A stretch of 64,000 nt of DNA, taken from NCBI GenBank assembly GCA_964019335.1, contig OZ025652.1, positions 248,001 through 312,000 on the forward strand, written 5' to 3'. Both the position numbers and the translations under genes were made by a program. This document shows positions 1-9,595 of this stretch, in pieces. Positions within the stretch are counted from its first letter, which is position 1, and each line of letters starts with the position of its first letter. The DNA is from Diplonema japonicum (Eukaryota; Protista; Euglenozoa: Diplonemea). The notes under the pieces were generated by a model. That model was not told the DNA's origin and did not search any database. It was given only the letters and a program-made list of their open reading frames with translations.

Positions 1-1797
1 AAACTCCAACCCTCGCTCATCAGCAAGCCTTGATAGCATCCTCCCCAACGACCCCTTCCGCGACAGGATCGACCGGTGCGTCCCACCCAGCGACCGCATC
101 GAGTTCTTTCTGGACATTGACATCCACACAGCAGGCGTCGTGCCTGTGGAGGACACCGTCGACGACGTCACGCGCATGGGGACAACATCGCTCATCACGT
201 CGGGGACGACCCTTATCCATGCATCGCCGTCCACCCACCTCACCTCCTTGTCGCTTGTCTCGCGGACTGCCACCCCGTCCATTACCAACTCAGTCCCCAC
301 CTGGCGGATCTCGTACGACGAAGACGACCCGCATGGCCGTGTGACGGTCGCTATCTTATCGCGCACCACCCAAGTGCATTCCCCGTTGTCCCTCCATTCT
401 CCTTGCAGCTGCCCCAGCACCTTGTCATGCAGCGACGGGGGGTTGCCAGGGGGCGTTGCCAGGTTAAGGCTCTCGACCTCATCGATGCACGCTGCAGGGG
501 GTGTGCTGGGTACTACTGCAGTTTCCGCGTTGTTAGTGAAGTGAATATGTCTCCCTGTCTTGCTTGAAGGTTGACGGGAGATACTTGGACTTGAGTCGTC
601 CTTGAGCGGTGTGTTATGCGAAGGGAAGTTGGACACTGGCGGCGTCTGGTTTGCGTATACTGACACAGATTCTTCCATTCTTATGCTGAGGCGGTCCAGG
701 ATGACCTCCTCTTCAGGGATGCTGGGTGGTGGCGGGGGAACGGGTGACGGTGGTGGTTTCATTTTCTCCTCTTCCTGTCTTTGCATAAGTGCTTCAAGCC
801 TGAACTCTTCTTCTTTGATCCGTTTGGTGAGCTCCTTGAGCCTTTCCTCTTCGGTCTTGATTGCGTTCTCAGCTTCTTTGACCTTTTCTTCCTCCCGCCG
901 GCGGTCTGCTTCCATGGCGGCCAATCGTTCTTCTTCTTCAGCCCGCAGTTTTTGCACCTCGCGTAGCTTTTCTTGTTCCTCTTGACGAAGCTTTTCTTCT
1001 TCCTCTTGTTTGCTGGGGCTGGGGACAGGAGGCGGGGGTTCATAAGAAGTTTCCGTGTCCTTGGAAGCGCTATGGATCAGGGAGACGGGGGACGGCGAGG
1101 GCAGGGGAGGAGTGTGCATCGGCGGGGGGTACGAAGCACCTAAGGAAGGTGTTGTTTGCACGCCATGCGAGAAAGTAGTGTGGATGGGTGTGGGGTTGTA
1201 GGTGACAGGAGGTGGCTGTGACGGTGTCGAGGAGGCCGAGGGCACATGTCTATGGGGGAGGGGCGTCACAGGGACGGGTGAAGTGTACATAGAAATGGGC
1301 ACAGGCGACGTGGCCACATCAGGGACACGCAATCCGGGCAGACTCGGTGCGTAAGGAGACCGCGTGATGTACGCAGTGCTTGGCGAGTGGTACTCTTGGA
1401 TGGGTTCGATGTCTGTGACAAGAACGTTGATGCGCCGTGTGCCGCCATCACGCCTGCAGTCCCAATGCACATTGATGCCGCCTTGCAGGGATGGATCATC
1501 GGAAGGGCCGTGCACTACTCCACAGTCACCCACAGCCACTGCTTGGATCCCGCGTACTGTAAGTTCAGACACTGCTCGGATCCGCGTGCCTGCGTTGATT
1601 CTGCGGTGTGATTCCCCTCTTAAGTTCGTTATCTGATCCCGCAAGGCTTCTGCCTTCCCACTCAACCTCGCTAGTTCCCCCGACCTTGTGTACCCTGCCC
1701 GGCTTGCATATTCCTGCGTCCTTGGTGGCGACAAATTTCTCACTACCCTCACCGGCGAGGCGGCCCTCCATCCCTCACCTTCCCCTTGGTGGTACAT
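1..1797 (-). CDS. Hypothetical protein, 3'-truncated by the window edge: SH3-like N-terminal domain, Pro-rich linker, Glu-rich coiled coil, small W-containing beta domain
   Basis: Manual translation from ATG 1797 (MYHQGEGEGWRAASP...) stays open for 599 codons to position 1 and is absent from the ORF track. It contains IRAVSELTVRGIQAVAVGDCGVV...INVHWD, EEEEKLRQEEQEKLREVQKL and LQGEWRDNGECTWVV...VRWVDGDAW. Confidence 0.75.
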   Translation of the reverse strand, partial: MYHQGEGEGWRAASPVRVVRNLSPPRTQEYASRAGYTRSGELARLSGKAEALRDQITNLRGESHRRINAGTRIRAVSELTVRGIQAVAVGDCGVVHGPSDDPSLQGGINVHWDCRRDGGTRRINVLVTDIEPIQEYHSPSTAYITRSPYAPSLPGLRVPDVATSPVPISMYTSPVPVTPLPHRHVPSASSTPSQPPPVTYNPTPIHTTFSHGVQTTPSLGASYPPPMHTPPLPSPSPVSLIHSASKDTETSYEPPPPVPSPSKQEEEEKLRQEEQEKLREVQKLRAEEEERLAAMEADRRREEEKVKEAENAIKTEEERLKELTKRIKEEEFRLEALMQRQEEEKMKPPPSPVPPPPPSIPEEEVILDRLSIRMEESVSVYANQTPPVSNFPSHNTPLKDDSSPSISRQPSSKTGRHIHFTNNAETAVVPSTPPAACIDEVESLNLATPPGNPPSLHDKVLGQLQGEWRDNGECTWVVRDKIATVTRPCGSSSSYEIRQVGTELVMDGVAVRETSDKEVRWVDGDAWIRVVPDVMSDVVPMRVTSSTVSSTGTTPAVWMSMSRKNSMRSLGGTHRSILSRKGSLGRMLSRLADERGLEF

Positions 1798-2111
1798 TTC
1801 TCCAACAAACGTTTGGCCTTCTATTTTCTTTCTCTTTTTCTTGCTGTATCTACTTCGTATTTCTTTATTTACGGTAAATCTTCTGCTTATTCTTCTCTTT
1901 TTCTTTTTGCTTTTCTTTTTTTATTATTTCCGGATGATGAAACGACAGTTGTTGGACTAGATCAGAATGTCATTTTTCGCTGCGAGGAGGTGTTTCTCTC
2001 TCTTATCTTTCTTTTTTGGAGATCTGGGGTGGGGGGGGGGGGGGGGGGGGGCTCCCTCTGTGGTGTACTTTGAATGGGCTGCACAAATAAAAAAAAAGGA
2101 AGAGATAAAAA

Positions 2112-2159
2112 ATATATGAGTTAAAGGAAGTCTTTGTGAGACGCCCCCTTGTTCTCATC
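2112..2159. repeat. 48-bp direct repeat, copy 1 (partial third copy at 2164-2185)
   Basis: ATATATGAGTTAAAGGAAGTCTTTGTGAGACGCCCCCTTGTTCTCATC is identical to 4036-4083. Confidence 0.95.
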
Positions 2160-2574
2160 TTCTAAAAAAAATATAAGAGTTAAGGCGACTGGTGTTGGCG
2201 GCGCCTTGCACAAGAACTGTCTACTTGATTAGAGGGGGCGTACCGCGGCCGAGTTGTAGCTTCTTCTGCGTTCCGCGTCGTGTCCTTAATGCGTCCGGTG
2301 TACAGCTCAACTCCAACCGGGGCGTCGGGTAACCAAGATTCGGCGCTCATGCATGTTTGCTGCCTGTTCGTCACCCTGAGCATCTGCGTTATGTTCTTCC
2401 ACTCGGGCGCTACCGGTGATGACCTATGAAGCGAACAACACATCTGATGTACTACTTATATTTCCATGTTTTTTCCACCACAAAAAAAAGATGTGGAGAG
2501 GAAAGTGCTTCCAGCTGAACACACTTCATTGTAAAGCGACTGTTACAAGAACGCTTCTGAAAAAAAAACCCCTA

Positions 2575-3913
2575 TCACCAATCGTTCTCTGACCTCCTAT
2601 CGTTTCTATGGCTGCGCTCGCTGCGGTTACTACGCTCCGACCTTCTGCTGTCTCCGTGATAGTCCCTGTGGCTGTCCTGGTTGTGATTGCGTCTCCTTCT
2701 CTCCTCTCTGATGTTCCTTTTGTGCACTTCACCAGACTTCCATTTTCCCATCAAGCCCTGTTTTCGAGTTAACGTAACAAAGTTTCCCTTTGTCGCATAC
2801 CTTTTTTGCGGTTTCCCAGTCATCTTCAGCTTCCTCCTCCCACACTGACAGTGCACGAGCCAGCTTGGTCTTGTCGAGGGCCTTTTTGCTCCTCAGCCAG
2901 TCCTTGCCATCTTTGATAAAGTGCTCCACCTTGTTGCTGTCCTGCAAAGCGTCGATCACCTCGTTCTCTGAGACATCGATGTTCTTCAGCCTCGGACCGT
3001 CAGTGACGTATTTCAAAGGGAGGGCTGCGCCCTTGAACTCATGAACAGTCCTCCCGTCCATGTTGAGGTTCTCCTCGCTGAGATAGAACTCAACCTGCTT
3101 CTTAATGAAAACCAACCTGTCCTGCGAAGGACGGGATCTTCTATCAACGTCCCTTCTACTCTGTCCTTCTTCTTTATGACCTCTTTCCTCTCTATGTCCC
3201 CTTTCCTCTCTATGTTCTCTTCTTTCCTCTCTGTTATGTCCTCCACTCTCCCTCCTTTCACTTCTCCTCCTCTCCTCTCTCCCGTTGTTGTTCCATCCCT
3301 CGTGTTCTTCACTGCGACTGTCGTCCCAGTCGCCGTCACGGTCCTGACGTCGAGAGCTTCTTTCCTCACTCACTCTTCTCTCGCTTTCCTCATATCTGTC
3401 GTCATTGTTTCTGTCACTCCTGCGGTGTCTGTGTCTTTCTTCACTGCGCTGTTCTTCTCTGTGCCTGTCCTCCCTGTCCTCTCTGTACCTGTCCTCTCTG
3501 TACCTGTCCTCCCTGTCCTCTCTGTGCCTGTCCTCCCTGTCCTCTCTGTGCCTGTCCTCCTTGTCCTCTCTGTGCCTATGCCTGTCCCCATTGGTTTGCC
3601 TGCTTTCCTCGTACCTTTCTTCACTGCCATCCCTGTAGGATCTGTCCCTGCCCCTGCTGTGGCTCCTTTCTCTTTCTCCCCCTTCGTAACCCCTACTATG
3701 GTTCATTTCTTTTTCTTCCCGTTCGTAACGGCCCCTGCTGTGGCTCCTTTTAGATCTGTCGTAGCTCTGCCCCCCTCTGTTCCTACCTTCCCACCTATCA
3801 TCGTGCCTGTCACTGCCTTTTCGGCCCTTACCGCCTTTCTTGCCACCTGAGGACCCCCTGTCCCCAGGGCCTTGGCTTCTGTCCCTTCTTTGACCTCCTT
3901 TGTTGCCACCCAT
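2575..3913 (-). CDS. La-motif (LARP-like) RNA-binding protein with long RE/RS/RD-rich regions; exons 3913-2801 and 2757-2575
   Basis: IKKQVEFYLSEENLNMD...VIDALQDSNKVE resembles the La HTH motif. A 43-nt GTATGC...AAACAG intron (2758-2800) joins ETAKK to GLMGKWKSGEVHKRNIREERRRR...ENDW*, which has the same low-complexity character as the N-terminus. Confidence 0.75.
2758..2800 (-). other. Predicted 43-nt GT-AG intron
   Basis: AAG|GTATGC...AAAACAG|GGC; splicing joins ORFs 2729..3913 and 2575..2856 in frame. Confidence 0.75.
3456..3586 (-). repeat. Coding tandem repeat (REDREDRH/REDRY)n
   Basis: Repeated CTGTCCTC(C/T)CTGT units. Confidence 0.85.
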
Positions 3914-4035
3914 TTGTTACCTTGCACCTGAGGAGGTTCTGTAGAAAATCATGCACGTGTGACTGGCCTTGATAACAGAGAAGAACCTGATCAGAGACAT
4001 AAAGCAGAAGGAGAAAAGGAGGAACAGAAAAAAAT

Positions 4036-4083
4036 ATATATGAGTTAAAGGAAGTCTTTGTGAGACGCCCCCTTGTTCTCATC
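4036..4083. repeat. 48-bp direct repeat, copy 2
   Basis: Identical to 2112-2159. On the minus strand it is directly followed by a pyrimidine tract and AG upstream of the La-motif gene. Confidence 0.95.
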
Positions 4084-4838
4084 AAAAAAAAAAAGGAGCA
4101 CTCCTCACTTTCACCCTGTCACTTTTTCTCTCTCTTTTTTGCAAGATAAAAAGAATAAACGAAGATATATCCATTGAAACTTTCTCTTTTTTTTTTGTCC
4201 CCTTCGATCCTCTCTGCGCAACGTATTCAAATAAAAAAAAACTGTTTTTTTTTACTTCTTTGTTCATTTCCTCCCGAGCACCTGTGTTCATTCTGGTTGC
4301 CTTTTTTATTCTCTGTTTTTTCTTTCTTCTTTTAACCAAAACTCCCAGAACCTTTATCGGCACTACGACTCTGGCTGTGGTGTATGCTTTTTTTTTTTTC
4401 TTTTTTTTTTTCTATTCTCGAAAAGAAAATTCTTCTTCTTTTTTAAAAGGAGTGTTTCCAAGCAAAAAAAATTCAGTGAACTGTGTGTGAGGAAGGGAAA
4501 ATACATGGGCATGCAGTTAAGGGCCATTCGCTTTTTTTTTTTTTCTTCTTCTTTTTTTATATTTTATCCCCTCCACTTTTTTCTGTTTCTCTTTTTAGAA
4601 TCCCTACTTCTTAATGGAACAACAAATAAAAACGAGTAAAAAAAATACATGTGCGAAAGAAAACGAAACGAAAGAGAAAAAGGAACACCACTGTACTTTT
4701 ATTTCCTCGTTCTTTTACCCCCCTAGCCTTGAGCACTCTGACCATTAAAGATCATTGCGCAGGCCTTTCTTTGAATTCTCCTTTTTTCTCTTTTTCCCCT
4801 GTTTCTCCTTCCTCCTTTCCCCCCTTTCTACTCTACGT

Positions 4839-7199
4839 TTACAACTCCTCCAACTCCCCATACTGCCCCTCCATTCTCCAGTCTGATGCATCCGCAAGGT
4901 CATCAAGCTCATCATCATCAAGCTCCTCGTCGATGGACTCGTCTTCTTCTTCCTGTTTTTTTTGGTTTTTTCTTTTTCTTGTGTTCCCCTTCCAAACCTC
5001 CATTCGCTTCTTAATGACATAAGCAACCGCCGCAGCCGCACCACACACCAACACCATGCACACCACAAGTACAATGATCCCAACAGGAGGAGACGAGCCC
5101 CCCCCTCCCGGCGATGGTGTAGCCGGTGTGTCTGTCACGCTACCCGCAGGCGACGGTGTCGAGTTCGTCATCACATCATCCGGGCTGATGTACACACTGG
5201 CATCGGCAGGCTCCGTGAACTGGTAGATGGTGTTGTCCAGAATGGAGTGCGTCATGAACGCCACAGCGCGTACCTGGATCAACCCGCACTTGTCTAGGTC
5301 CTGGCAATGCTCCATGTGTATTTCCAGGCCTTCCGCCTCCGAGCTGTAGTTGTAGGGGTATATGTTCCAGCTTGCGAAGTCGTTGTTGAAGCACGCGCTG
5401 TTGTTGTGCCAGTCGCACCAGATGTACCGCACGGCGATCACACACGCCTCGCACTGGTATGTGGGAATCACTGTGATGGGGATCTTCTCGCCAACACTCA
5501 GCCTGCAGTCCTGCTTATTCGCTGTGTGTGTGGCGTCGCATTGCCGCTGCACGGCGCTCTTGATGACGGGAGGTGCTGGTTTGTAGCTGCAAGTCGAATG
5601 GACAGAAACAGTCCACTCACATGGCGCGGTGCAGCTCTGCTGTGACAGGACGTCGCAGATGTCGGTCTTAACGGGGGGTGTCGGTGTATCGGGTGCATCC
5701 GTGGGCGGAACCGGGGGGGCAGCAGTCGCAAAGGGAGGCAAAGGTGTAGGCAAAGGCGTCTTGGGCAATGGTGTGGGGATGGGTGTGGGCGCGTCTGTTT
5801 CGGGTGCAGTGGGTACAGGGGTCGGCCCCGGCGTAGATGCACCAGGAGTCGGATTCGGCGTAGGCGGCGCAGTGGGCACTGGAGTGGGCATGGGTGTCGG
5901 GTTGGGTATGATCTCAAAACTCTTAGTAGCCATAGCGGAGTAGAATACGTCCCTGAACCTGCCGGCAAGGGACGCCTCTAGATGTGCGATGACCTTGATG
6001 GTAAAGTTCCCTGGTGACGACCACACAAGCGAGCATGGCACCTTGCAGACATAGGACTGTGGTCCTGTCGCTTTGGCATCAGGCATCGACGGTTCCATGG
6101 CGTCGCTCTCGTTGCTCCCGACCGTCCAGTAGAAGGCACGGACGGTCTCGAAGCCGCTGCCCCATGAGGGGAAGGAGAACTCAAAGAGAGCGTCGTCGAT
6201 GCCTATGCTGTCAGCAGTGGGGGTCACAGTGGGCGCCTTGTCGATGTTGCAGTTTGTACCGTTCCACGCGCAGGGACCTTGAGTACCTCCGTCGCGGTTG
6301 CAGGCAAAAATGTCGGCATGGTCATTACAGGGGTCGGCAGACACGGGGAGGCCTTTCCGCACAACGAGCTTCACGTCGTTGAAAGGGTGGATCATGCTGA
6401 CACCTTCCTGCTTGCGGATGTCGTTGTGGTAGGCAGCGGGGGGCGTGATGCCGGTGGGGTAACCTGCACGGATTCTGTTCTCAAGCTGGTAGCTCCAGAT
6501 TTGGTTGGCACCGCAGCCGTCGGGCAGCAAAGCGGGGTCCCAGTCGCACTTGAGACCGAAGGATGGAAGGCGGACGGTGACCCCGCCTCTGTACGAGTAA
6601 AGCTCCATGGCGACGGATATCTTGCCGTCACCAAGCGTGAGGAAGACGGACTCGTCTGAGACAGGGATCCAGTCCTCGGGGAGGCCTTGGACGGTGCAGT
6701 TACCACCAAGCTCTTTGAGCCCTGCCTTGTTAGAGGTCTTGGCGGAACCAGTACACATAGGAGAGCTGAGAGAGAAGACAGCAAGCATGGTACCCAAAGG
6801 GGGGTGGAATTCGAAGTTGGAGTCGGAGTCGGTACCAGCGGCCCATGTGAAGGCCAGACCGTCAGCGTCTGCAAGAGTCATGTTCAACTTCCCTTCGCAC
6901 TTCATCTGATCGTCGCAAGTGCTGGTAGTGGGCTTCGGGAGCGTGATGCCACCCATGCTCAGGTCCACGTACTCATCTGGGGAGAAGGTCAGCTGCGTTC
7001 CTAGAAACCGTTGGCATGTGTAGCCATCCCCGTTGCTCACCGGTGGGAACTGCACCGGGTCGGGGTATTTGTATGTCTTAGGCAAAGACTCGCAGTAGTT
7101 TTTAAACTTCTCTGGCTCCCACCTCATGTTTAAAACCGCCCCCTCCGCCCCCGCAACCAGCCCCATGCATATCAGCAAACCGTGCACGAATGAGTGCAT
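4839..7199 (-). CDS. Type I membrane/surface protein: signal peptide, Cys-containing ectodomain, Pro/Thr-rich stalk, single TM, acidic tail
   Basis: Likely start MHSFVHGLLICMGLVAGAEG at 7199 (the longer track ORF runs into a poly-T spacer). PTPMPTPVPTAPPTP stalk, TM IIVLVVCMVLVCGAAAAVAYVI and tail EEEDESIDEELDDD. Probable in-frame intron at 4953-4997. Confidence 0.85.
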   Translation of the reverse strand: MHSFVHGLLICMGLVAGAEGAVLNMRWEPEKFKNYCESLPKTYKYPDPVQFPPVSNGDGYTCQRFLGTQLTFSPDEYVDLSMGGITLPKPTTSTCDDQMKCEGKLNMTLADADGLAFTWAAGTDSDSNFEFHPPLGTMLAVFSLSSPMCTGSAKTSNKAGLKELGGNCTVQGLPEDWIPVSDESVFLTLGDGKISVAMELYSYRGGVTVRLPSFGLKCDWDPALLPDGCGANQIWSYQLENRIRAGYPTGITPPAAYHNDIRKQEGVSMIHPFNDVKLVVRKGLPVSADPCNDHADIFACNRDGGTQGPCAWNGTNCNIDKAPTVTPTADSIGIDDALFEFSFPSWGSGFETVRAFYWTVGSNESDAMEPSMPDAKATGPQSYVCKVPCSLVWSSPGNFTIKVIAHLEASLAGRFRDVFYSAMATKSFEIIPNPTPMPTPVPTAPPTPNPTPGASTPGPTPVPTAPETDAPTPIPTPLPKTPLPTPLPPFATAAPPVPPTDAPDTPTPPVKTDICDVLSQQSCTAPCEWTVSVHSTCSYKPAPPVIKSAVQRQCDATHTANKQDCRLSVGEKIPITVIPTYQCEACVIAVRYIWCDWHNNSACFNNDFASWNIYPYNYSSEAEGLEIHMEHCQDLDKCGLIQVRAVAFMTHSILDNTIYQFTEPADASVYISPDDVMTNSTPSPAGSVTDTPATPSPGGGGSSPPVGIIVLVVCMVLVCGAAAAVAYVIKKRMEVWKGNTRKRKNQKKQEEEDESIDEELDDDELDDLADASDWRMEGQYGELEEL
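4953..4997 (-). other. Predicted 45-nt in-frame, stop-free GT-AG intron
   Basis: GAG|GTTTGG...A-rich...AAACAG|GAA; removal gives KKRME-EEEDE. Confidence 0.55.
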
Positions 7200-8519
7200 T
7201 TGGCTCCCCTTCCTGCAGTTGATTTTCCCCCACCGATAGAACGCTGCTATTTTTTGAATAAAAAAAGGGAAACAATGGGGGAAGGGGGATGAGAGGTAAC
7301 TACTACAAGAGAGGGAGATAATAAAGGGAAACAAAAAAAAAAAAAAAACTAGCAGCAGCAACGGGAAAGCACGAGGGGATGTTTCTTTTTTTTCTTTTTT
7401 TTTCCCATCCTCATCCTCCTTGGTACCGATGGTCGGTTGTGGCTACATTGTGTTCCTCTTTTTTTTTTTACCCCCTACTTTTTTAAGCTCTTTGCTTTTT
7501 TTTTTTTCTTTTCCTTCTTCTTTGTCCGAGCACTGCCCATTACTTTTTTTTTTTTTTTTCCTTCCTTCCTTTTTTCTTTTTTTTTTCCTCTTTTCTTTTT
7601 CTCTTTTTTTTTTTTTTTTTCTCCAACAAAAAAAAAGGGAACGTTGGCAAACGTGGGTTTCGGGTTATAAACGACTTCTTTGTTTCTACCCGGCACGTAC
7701 AAGCAACTGCCAGTTCCTATTTTCTTTGTTTCCTCTTCCTCGTTGGGGCTTTTTTTTTTTTTTTCTTTTTTTTTTTCTTCTCCCCCTTCTATTCTCTCTT
7801 TTTTTCTCCCTATTTGCTCTTCAAAAACAAAAAAAATCAAGGAATAAGTCAGGGGGTGGGGAAATGAAGTAGTTGTATACACTAAAAGTTGTTCAAAAAA
7901 AAGTCATCAAAACAACCCATGGTGACCCATGGCGCGTTGTGATACCTCTTTCGTTTCTTTTCTTTCCCCCCCACCCAAAAATAAAAAAGCTAGCTGTAAA
8001 AAGTAAACTGCAACTAGCGATTTCTAGCAGGGGGGGGGGGGGGGGCTTGGGTTGCAACCTTCTCCCGGAAAAGGGAGAAAAAAATGTTGATTGTCCCTTT
8101 CCCCCCTCTTTTATTTTCTCTTCCCCTCTCCCTCCCCCTTTTTTTTCTTTTCTTCTTCATTGTGTGTGTGTGAGTGAGAGCATGAGGGAGATCCAAAAGA
8201 AAAAAATACCCCTTTTCTTTTTTTAAAACAAGCCGCTGAAGGAGGACGTGCCTCTACAAGGGGTTTCTTTTTTTTTTTTTCCTTCTTTTGAATAGCGACA
8301 AATGCTAACTTTTTTTTTTTAGAAAAAAATAAAAAGGGAGAGTGGGGGAAGGGGGAAGCAACCAAGTACTTCCTGTTTTTTTTTTTTTTTTTTTTTTTTA
8401 AATTATTTTTTTCTCTTTTTCTTTTTTTGAAAATGTCTTTTTTTTTTTTTCATTGAGGAAAATAAAAAGAAGGCTTTAGGGCGAGATACCATTCTTTTTT
8501 TTTTTTTTTTTTTTTTTGT

Positions 8520-8635
8520 TATTTCATAAACCGCAGCTATCAGCTGTTTGAGTCACCCCCCACCAGAACAAAAACAAACAACAGTGTGTTCACCTGCTTA
8601 ACAGGCTCTCGGATAACTCGCGGCTTAATGAAATA
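8520..8635 (-). other. Long imperfect RNA hairpin downstream of the KG-rich gene
   Basis: Minus-strand arms UAUUUCAUUAAGCCGCGAGUUAUC and GAUAGCUGCGGUUUAUGAAAUA pair over 22 bp with two G-U pairs and two single-nucleotide bulges; the stem continues inward. Confidence 0.6.
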
Positions 8636-8849
8636 TACCCCCTTTTGTAACCCCCCTTTTTTTGACTCTAAGAATTGTCTTTTTTTGTTCCTATGTTAGT
8701 CCCCTTTCCCTTTTATGTGCTATAAGTATGCGCTGCTTTCCTCTTTTTTTATATTTCTACCCCCCACGAGGCCTTTCTAGGGGGTTTTTTTATTCCTCCT
8801 TTTTTTTTTTTGTTCCCCCTTCCCCCTTTTAGATACACTTCCCCATCAT

Positions 8850-9488
8850 TTACTCATCGCTGAAGGCACCTTTCTTGCCACCTTTCTTGCCTCCCTTTTT
8901 GCCCTTTTTCCCGCCTTTCCCTTTTCCCTTGAAGCCTTTTCCGCCCTTCTTTCCTCCCTTGTAACCACCGTCTCCTGACCCTTTGCTGCCTTTGAAGCTG
9001 GACTTTCCTCCCTTGAATTCTCCCTTATGGCCTTTTCCACCTTTTCCCCTGCCCTTGCTCATGCCTCTGTGGCCGCCGTAGCTTGGCTCATAAGTAATCG
9101 CTGGGTAGGAAGCAGTTGTGTCCCAGTCATAGCTACTTCTGTGGCCTTTGCCTCCGTATCCGGACCCTTTGCTACCCTTACCCTTGCCTTTGCCCTTACC
9201 CTTGCCCTTTCCTTTACCTTTTCCTTTGCCCTTGCCTTCGCCCTTGTGGGTACTGCCATAACTGTTGTTGTTGCTTATAAATGAAGAAACCTCCTGTGGA
9301 GGGACTGCTACCTCCCATTCGGTGACGTGTCCCTTGTTTCCCTTGTGCCCCTTGTAGCCTTTTCCACCCTTCCCACTTCGTCCTCTGCTTTCCATGTTGT
9401 AGTTGCTGTGGCCGTACCCGTGGCTGTGGCTGTGCTCCCCCTTGCGGCCCTTGTACCCGAAGGTTTCCTCGTTCTCGTCGTGGACCAT
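8850..9488 (-). CDS. Gly/Lys-rich low-complexity protein (KG and KGG repeats), probably nucleic-acid binding
   Basis: 212-aa ORF with GKGKGKGKG and KGGKKGGKKG tracts, preceded by a U-rich tract and AG. Confidence 0.75.
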   Translation of the reverse strand: MVHDENEETFGYKGRKGEHSHSHGYGHSNYNMESRGRSGKGGKGYKGHKGNKGHVTEWEVAVPPQEVSSFISNNNSYGSTHKGEGKGKGKGKGKGKGKGKGKGKGSKGSGYGGKGHRSSYDWDTTASYPAITYEPSYGGHRGMSKGRGKGGKGHKGEFKGGKSSFKGSKGSGDGGYKGGKKGGKGFKGKGKGGKKGKKGGKKGGKKGAFSDE

Positions 9489-9595
9489 TTGGTGTAGTGT
9501 GTGGTAACCTTTATAGTTAGGTATTATGCGTTAAATATAAAAAAAGAAAAAATAACTCAGACAAAATGAAAGGAAATCCGACAAAATAAAGTGTT

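Noticed and set aside
2416-2447. Box C/D snoRNA (GTGATGA...CTGA) on the plus strand
   Set aside because: The boxes are only ~20 nt apart, antisense to the cluster, and have no terminal stem.
2729-2830. WW-domain-like C-terminus (DDWETAKKVCDKGKLCYVNSKTG...W) of the La-motif ORF
   Set aside because: Most of it lies in a canonical 43-nt GTATG...CAG intron whose removal gives a longer C-terminus matching the rest of the protein.
7420-8365. Phe/Lys-rich ORFs in spacers (also 23339-24145, 32046-32977, 34168-34740, 37937-38463)
   Set aside because: They are translations of poly-T/poly-A tracts.
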